Assembly (NCBI GenBank): GCA_945859975.1
Contig: CAMAPH010000002.1
Location: forward strand, 64,001 to 128,000
Direction: 5' to 3'
Source: Chthonomonas calidirosea
Lineage (GTDB): Bacteria; Armatimonadota; Fimbriimonadia; Fimbriimonadales; Fimbriimonadaceae
DNA: 64,000 nt
The stretch's first letter is position 1. Each line of letters begins with the position of its first letter. Below, piece after piece: positions 58,766 to 64,000 of the stretch. Position numbers and translations under genes: made by a program. Under the pieces are notes generated by a model. The model was not told where the DNA came from and searched no databases. It saw only the letters and a list, made by a program, of their open reading frames with translations.

Positions 58766-59767
58766 ATGGAATATCGATCCCTCGGCCGCACTGGCATCCA
58801 AGTTTCCGTTGCCTGTTTCGGCACCATGACGTTCGGCTGGGACCCGGAAGATTGGGGCAGTTCCGAGGAGGCGTCGATCCAGATCACGAACACTGCCCTC
58901 GATCTGGGGATCAACTTTTTCGATACCGCCGACGTGTACGCCCGCGGCGTCAGCGAAACCATCCTTGGCAAAGCTCTCCAGGGCAAGCGCGCCGAAGTCG
59001 TGCTCGCGACAAAATGCCACGGCAAAATGTCCGATTCAGACGTGAACGCGTCGGGCAATTCGTATCGGCATATCATCCTCGCGTGCGAAGCGTCATTGAA
59101 ACGACTGGGCACGGACTACATCGACCTTTACCAAATTCACCGGCCCCAGCCGAGCGTTCCCATTGACGAAACCCTCCGGGCACTGGATGATCTGCGTCGG
59201 GCCGGAAAGATCCTTTATGCGGGTTGCTCAACGTTTGCGGCATGGCAAGTCTGCGAGGCGCACTACGTAGCCAAGGAGCTTGGCGCGGCTGGATTCGTCA
59301 CCGAACAACCACCCTACAACCTCCTCGATCGACGCATCGAGCGTGAGCTTCTTCCCTTCTGCCGAACGTACGATTACGCTGTCATCCCTTGGTCACCGTT
59401 GGCGGGTGGAATGTTAAGCGGCAAGTACCTCGATGCAAAGCCGGAAGAGGGACGCTACGCCAAGAGTGATCCGGGCGGACGGCTGGCGCAGCTGCCGATG
59501 GACAAGCTTCGTGAGTTCCAAACCGTGGCGACGGAACTTGAAATGAGCATGGCCAGCCTGGCGCTGGCCTGGGTTGCGAACCAGCCAGGAATCACCAGCC
59601 CAATCATCGGAGCAAGAAGCGAAACCCAACTGAAGGAATCGGCTGCTGCCCTTGAAATCAAACTGAGCGACGAGACGCTGAAAAAGATCGACAGCATCTT
59701 TGCGCCGGCGTCGCACTCTGTTGCTTACTACAACGCAAACTTCGGGCCGAACGCACGAACTCGATAA
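58766..59767 (+). CDS. aldo/keto reductase
   Basis: LGRTG, FFDTADVY, LATK, IDLYQIH, WSPLAGG. Confidence 0.95.
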   Translation: MEYRSLGRTGIQVSVACFGTMTFGWDPEDWGSSEEASIQITNTALDLGINFFDTADVYARGVSETILGKALQGKRAEVVLATKCHGKMSDSDVNASGNSYRHIILACEASLKRLGTDYIDLYQIHRPQPSVPIDETLRALDDLRRAGKILYAGCSTFAAWQVCEAHYVAKELGAAGFVTEQPPYNLLDRRIERELLPFCRTYDYAVIPWSPLAGGMLSGKYLDAKPEEGRYAKSDPGGRLAQLPMDKLREFQTVATELEMSMASLALAWVANQPGITSPIIGARSETQLKESAAALEIKLSDETLKKIDSIFAPASHSVAYYNANFGPNARTR

Positions 59768-59815
59768 TCTTGCACCTTCTCCCCGGTAGAGAGTGTCTTG
59801 AACTTCCGGGGAAAC

Positions 59816-60499
59816 ATGTTAGCGAAGGCGCTTGTATCTGAATTCGTAGGGACGTTCGCGATTTGTTTCGTTGCGTTAGCCGTGAAGGCCAATCTCGGCG
59901 AAGTACCGGGAGGTTTGCTCGGCATTGCCCTTGCAAATGGGCTGGTGGTGGCTTGCTTCGCCACGGCGGCGGGACCGATCAGTGGTGGACACTTTAACCC
60001 GGCGGTCACGATCGGTTTTTGGGTTGTCCGCAAGATGGATCACCTTCGGGCATTGACGTACATTGGCGCTCAACTTGCTGGTGCGGTCGCCGGTTCGTTC
60101 TTCGCGAGTTCTTCGTTCACAAACGACCCGAACGTCGCCGCGAAAGGGCTTTCGGCGGTAGAGCTTGGGTCCACCGTCGGGGCTGCATTTGTCGCGGAGA
60201 TCATTGCGACCTTCATGCTGATGTGGGTCATCTATGGCACAGCCGTAGATCAGCGACAGCCGAAGTTTGGTGCCTTGTACGTCGGACTATTTGTGGCCGT
60301 TGGCATCCTTGCCGTGGGACCGATCAGCAGCGGTGCCATGAATCCTGCCCGCTGGTTTGGACCCGCGGTGGTTACCGGAGATTTCAGCGCCTTAACGCTG
60401 TTTGTTGGTGGTCCGGTTGCCGGGGCCATCTTGGCATCTGTGGTTTATTCCTGGTTCTTAAAGGAAGACGCCAATAAAAAGCCCGAAGCTATCGCATAG
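59816..60499 (+). CDS. MIP/aquaporin family channel
   Basis: SGGHFNPAVT and MNPAR motifs. Confidence 0.95.
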   Translation: MLAKALVSEFVGTFAICFVALAVKANLGEVPGGLLGIALANGLVVACFATAAGPISGGHFNPAVTIGFWVVRKMDHLRALTYIGAQLAGAVAGSFFASSSFTNDPNVAAKGLSAVELGSTVGAAFVAEIIATFMLMWVIYGTAVDQRQPKFGALYVGLFVAVGILAVGPISSGAMNPARWFGPAVVTGDFSALTLFVGGPVAGAILASVVYSWFLKEDANKKPEAIA

Positions 60500-60517
60500 C
60501 TTCGGGCAACTGGAATC

Positions 60518-60814
60518 TCAGAGTTCGCCAGCGGCAGCCATCTCGGCAAGCGTTTTGTAGTGCTTGTCAGCCTGTGCAGCGTCGTTGTTGTGATACTGCA
60601 AAAACGGAGCCTTTTCGGCCTCCGGTACGGCGGCCCAACCGGCTTGTTTCTTAGCGGTTGCGGTCATTGCAGGAAGAAGCGCCTGCTTTGCGGGATCATC
60701 GCTGGTTTTTTCGACCTTTGCGGTCGAGTCAACCTTAACATTCTGGTCGTTGTTGGGTTCACATCCAACCAAAAGGATGGAAGTGAGGGCGACAAAAAAG
60801 AGGATCTTGTTCAT
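60518..60814 (-). CDS. small lipoprotein
   Basis: LLVGC lipobox; directly downstream of the pseudopilin-like gene. Confidence 0.75.
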   Translation of the reverse strand: MNKILFFVALTSILLVGCEPNNDQNVKVDSTAKVEKTSDDPAKQALLPAMTATAKKQAGWAAVPEAEKAPFLQYHNNDAAQADKHYKTLAEMAAAGEL

Positions 60815-60856
60815 ATACAAAAAGGCCCTCCGCTTTTGCGGAGGGCCATGGGCTCT

Positions 60857-61867
60857 TTAGAGCTGAACTGGGAGACCCGAGATTGGGTCGAGGATGTTCT
60901 GGTTGTTAACCGTGTACATCTGAGCGCCCCACATGTATCGGTTTGGTGCGAGGGTTGCGTTGAACTTGGAGTACTTCGCAGATCCGTCGGCCATGCCGTA
61001 GTTGTCGCCTTCGTTCCATCGGAATGCCGAGTGGTACGAGATGAGTGGGTAGGTGCCTGCTGGGTTGCTCTTGCAGTTCGCGAAGACGTTTCGGACCTGG
61101 CCGAAGTTCAGCGCGTAAAGCACAGCAGTTGCAGCGTCGGTGTTCTCACCAAGGTACTGCTGGGTGTTAGCAGCATCTCGGGTAACGGCGTTGGTGGATC
61201 GGTGCGAAGAGTTTCGGATACCGGTTCCAAGCGACTGGCCGTTCAAGCACTCGAGGTTGTCGGTGAGACCAGCGATCATGATCGTGCTGGAGACCGCTGG
61301 AAGAACGGTCTGGCTGATAACCTTAACGCCTGCGTTGAGGTCGTTGATGTTTCGAGCTCGTGGCATAACCGCACTGTTAACGGTGTACGAAAGTCGTGGA
61401 ACCTGGTTGTCGATGATGAAGCCACCGAGCGAAGGCGTTCCTGGAGGGGTGTTGCCGCTGACTGCACATCGGTCAGCCTGCTGTCCGGATGGGAAGCCCT
61501 TTCCGCTGTTGTTGTTAGCCGAAGCGAAGCACGTTGGACCGTGACCGCGGAGGGTGTCTCCTGGGCTCACGAACATGTCAACGTTCTTGATGTATGGCTG
61601 GCAAACGCCGGACCAGTGCTCGTATCCGCCAGCGGTACCGCCAAGAGCTGGGCTGAATGCGCGGTGGAAGTAAGCCGATGGAAGAACGTCATCAGCATCG
61701 CCCGAGTAGATGAGGATGCCGAGCGCGGTCTGCTTGATGTTCGAAAGATCCTGAGTCTTCTTTGCAGCAGCCTTAGCCTGTGCGAAGACAGGGAATAGGA
61801 TCGCGGCGAGAATTGCGATGATCGCGATGACCACCAAGAGTTCAATCAGAGTAAATGCCTTTTTCAT
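60857..61867 (-). CDS. prepilin-type N-terminal cleavage/methylation protein (DUF1559-like)
   Basis: MKKA|FTLIELLVVIAIIAILAAILFPVFAQAK; C-terminal NYGMADG. Confidence 0.92.
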   Translation of the reverse strand: MKKAFTLIELLVVIAIIAILAAILFPVFAQAKAAAKKTQDLSNIKQTALGILIYSGDADDVLPSAYFHRAFSPALGGTAGGYEHWSGVCQPYIKNVDMFVSPGDTLRGHGPTCFASANNNSGKGFPSGQQADRCAVSGNTPPGTPSLGGFIIDNQVPRLSYTVNSAVMPRARNINDLNAGVKVISQTVLPAVSSTIMIAGLTDNLECLNGQSLGTGIRNSSHRSTNAVTRDAANTQQYLGENTDAATAVLYALNFGQVRNVFANCKSNPAGTYPLISYHSAFRWNEGDNYGMADGSAKYSKFNATLAPNRYMWGAQMYTVNNQNILDPISGLPVQL

Positions 61868-62122
61868 GGTTGCGTTCCTCACGCAACGTATAGAGAACCC
61901 CGGGAAAGTTAAGACAGGGTTAACGAAATGTTAAGGCTTCGTAAATTTTGACCTTCGTGATGCATTTCTTAGATCGAATTTTAATGCTGAAAATCGATGA
62001 TTTGAACCTAAGTAGGTTGTAGGTTGAACCTACTCAACGGACAGGAGTACATTTAACAATGAATCGGCCTTGTTTTACTTGTAACACTTTTCAGTGACAT
62101 TGGATGACAGGCCCTCTTAACG

Positions 62123-62157
62123 AAAAAACGCCCGAAACAACTGTTTCGGGCGTTTTT
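62123..62157. terminator. intrinsic terminator downstream of clpC
   Basis: AAAAAACGCCCGAAACA/TGTTTCGGGCGTTTTT. Confidence 0.88.
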
Positions 62158-62176
62158 GGTACTTCGAACCGCGAGC

Positions 62177-64000
62177 TTAGTTCAGCGCGAGTTCTTTCTG
62201 TGGTTCGTTGCCGTCCGGTGTACTCTTCCGTCGAAAGATCACCGTATCGGTTCCTGGCTCAAGTTCCGCGATGATCACGTCACCAGTCTGGAATCGGCCG
62301 AGCAGCATCTCTTCGCTGAGCGGATCCTCAATGAATCGCTGAACCGCTCTTCGAAGCGGTCTTGCGCCCATGTTCGGATCGTAACCCTTGTCGACGAGAA
62401 GGTTCTTGACCTCTTCGCTGAGTTCGATCTGAATCCCCATCGAAGTCGCCTGCTCGTTGACTCGCGCCAAGAACAGCGAAGCGATCTGGAGGATCTCTTC
62501 TCGCTTGAGGTGTTGGAACACGATGACTTCATCGATTCGGTTGATGAACTCAGGGCGGAACGATTTTTTCATTTCGTCCAGCATCTTGGTCTTCATGTTC
62601 TCGTACACCTTCGGATCGTTGTAATCCGGTCGCGTATCGCGGAAGCCAAGTCCCTTGTCCATTTCGATCGGACGAACTCCGATGTTCGAAGTCATGATGA
62701 TCAGGGTGTTTCGGAAGTCCACCGTCCGTCCCTGCGAGTCGGTCAACTGTCCATCTTCCAGAACCTGGAGAAGCAAGTTGAAGACTTCAGGGTGTGCTTT
62801 TTCGATTTCATCGAAGAGCACAACGCAGTACGGATTTCGCCGAACCTGCTCGGTCAACTGACCGCCCTCATCGTAACCCACGTATCCGGGAGGGGCACCG
62901 GTCAGTCGGCTTACCGCGAATCTCTCCATGTATTCGGACATGTCGATTCGGACCATGTTGCTTTCCTTTTCGTAAAGGTAAGCCGCAAGTGCCTTCGCGA
63001 GTTCGGTCTTACCGACACCGGTTGGGCCAAGGAAGACGAACGAGGCAATCGGTCGCTTTGGATCCTTGAGTCCGGATCGGGAACGTCGGATCGCTCGCGA
63101 GACCGCGCGGACCGCATCTTGCTGGCCGATGATTCGCTCGTGCAAGTCCTCTTCCATGCGAAGTAGCTTTTGGCTCTCGGTCTCGACAAGTCGCGTAACC
63201 GGGATACCGGTCCAGCTCTGGACGATGCCAGCGATTTCGGGCTCACCAACGACAGGCTCCGGTTTTGGCTCGGCTGCCCAAGCTTCTTCTCTTTCGAGAA
63301 TGCTAGCTTCGAGGCCTTCAATCTCAGCCTTCATCTTCTCAAGCATTTCCTGATCTTCTGATCGCTTAGAAAGATGCTCGAAATTCGTTCGAAGCTTCGT
63401 CAGCTTTTGTCGATCGGCGCGAACGTCTGCCGGCGGCAAACTCTGCTGCAAGCGAACTCGCGAAGCGGCCTCATCGATCAGGTCGATTGCCTTGTCGGGC
63501 AAAGTTCGATCCGAGATGTAGCGCTGAGACAATGAGACCGCGCTGGTGATCGCCTCGTCGGTGATCTCCACTTGGTGGTGAGCTTCGTATCGCTCACGCA
63601 AGCCGCGCAAAATCTCAATCGCTTCTTCTTCACTCGGTTCTTTGACTTTGACCGCTTGGAATCGTCGCTCAAGAGCCGCATCTCGCTCGATGTACTTGCG
63701 GAATTCGTCCTGCGTCGTCGCACCAATGCACTGGAGTTCGCCGCGCGCCAAGGCAGGCTTCATGATGTTTGAGGCATCAATCGCGCCTTCGGCTGCACCA
63801 GCTCCCACCAAGGTGTGAAGCTCGTCGATGAAGAGAATGACTTGGCCTTCCGACTTGCGGACCTCTTCCATCACTTTCTTCATGCGCTCTTCGAATTCGC
63901 CGCGGTACTTCGTACCAGCGACCAATCCAGCAAGGTCAAGGGAAACGATGCGCTTGTTCTTCAGGATCTCTGGAATGTCACCAGAGACGATTCGAAGGGC
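62177..64000 (-). CDS. clpC: ATP-dependent Clp protease ATP-binding subunit (5' part outside the window)
   Basis: [49 protein letters not shown]. Confidence 0.93.
   Translation of the reverse strand, partial: ALRIVSGDIPEILKNKRIVSLDLAGLVAGTKYRGEFEERMKKVMEEVRKSEGQVILFIDELHTLVGAGAAEGAIDASNIMKPALARGELQCIGATTQDEFRKYIERDAALERRFQAVKVKEPSEEEAIEILRGLRERYEAHHQVEITDEAITSAVSLSQRYISDRTLPDKAIDLIDEAASRVRLQQSLPPADVRADRQKLTKLRTNFEHLSKRSEDQEMLEKMKAEIEGLEASILEREEAWAAEPKPEPVVGEPEIAGIVQSWTGIPVTRLVETESQKLLRMEEDLHERIIGQQDAVRAVSRAIRRSRSGLKDPKRPIASFVFLGPTGVGKTELAKALAAYLYEKESNMVRIDMSEYMERFAVSRLTGAPPGYVGYDEGGQLTEQVRRNPYCVVLFDEIEKAHPEVFNLLLQVLEDGQLTDSQGRTVDFRNTLIIMTSNIGVRPIEMDKGLGFRDTRPDYNDPKVYENMKTKMLDEMKKSFRPEFINRIDEVIVFQHLKREEILQIASLFLARVNEQATSMGIQIELSEEVKNLLVDKGYDPNMGARPLRRAVQRFIEDPLSEEMLLGRFQTGDVIIAELEPGTDTVIFRRKSTPDGNEPQKELALN

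Noticed and set aside
62003..62035. Overlapping TAGGTT/AACCTA palindromes resembling a DtxR box
   Set aside because: The spacing does not fit the 19-bp consensus and the target gene is unclear.
60560..63166. Long + strand ORFs (412 aa, 336 aa)
   Set aside because: They are antisense shadows of the pseudopilin-like gene and clpC.

Overview
A 64-kb stretch of mostly core bacterial chromosome, GC-rich with no phage, IS or CRISPR signal. Gene content and style suggest Armatimonadota (Fimbriimonadaceae-like), which is an inference. Housekeeping genes present: partial rpoB, hisBHA, sucD, a cysteine desulfurase, a primary-type sigma factor, mscL, gcvH/PA/PB, trmD, rplS, lepB, tRNA(CAT), glnA, purD, purB, rplJL with its L10 leader, rpsT, the N-terminal half of a split metH, and partial clpC. 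Secreted proteases, STN-domain proteins, pseudopilin-like proteins and two small toxin-antitoxin-like pairs are interspersed. The most interesting signals are non-coding. (1) A ~200-nt closed RNA structure with a single-stranded 7-nt TYAANNN repeat tract lies directly behind a DIP1984-like coiled-coil gene, and each has its own -10 box, making a candidate undescribed protein-RNA system (46148-46825). (2) An apparently orphan c-di-AMP riboswitch. (3) A candidate ECF-sigma-driven sRNA between purD and purB. (4) A structured RNA upstream of the split metH. (5) Pervasive leaderless promoters (TANNNT-N6-start). All family assignments come from motif recognition, not database searches.
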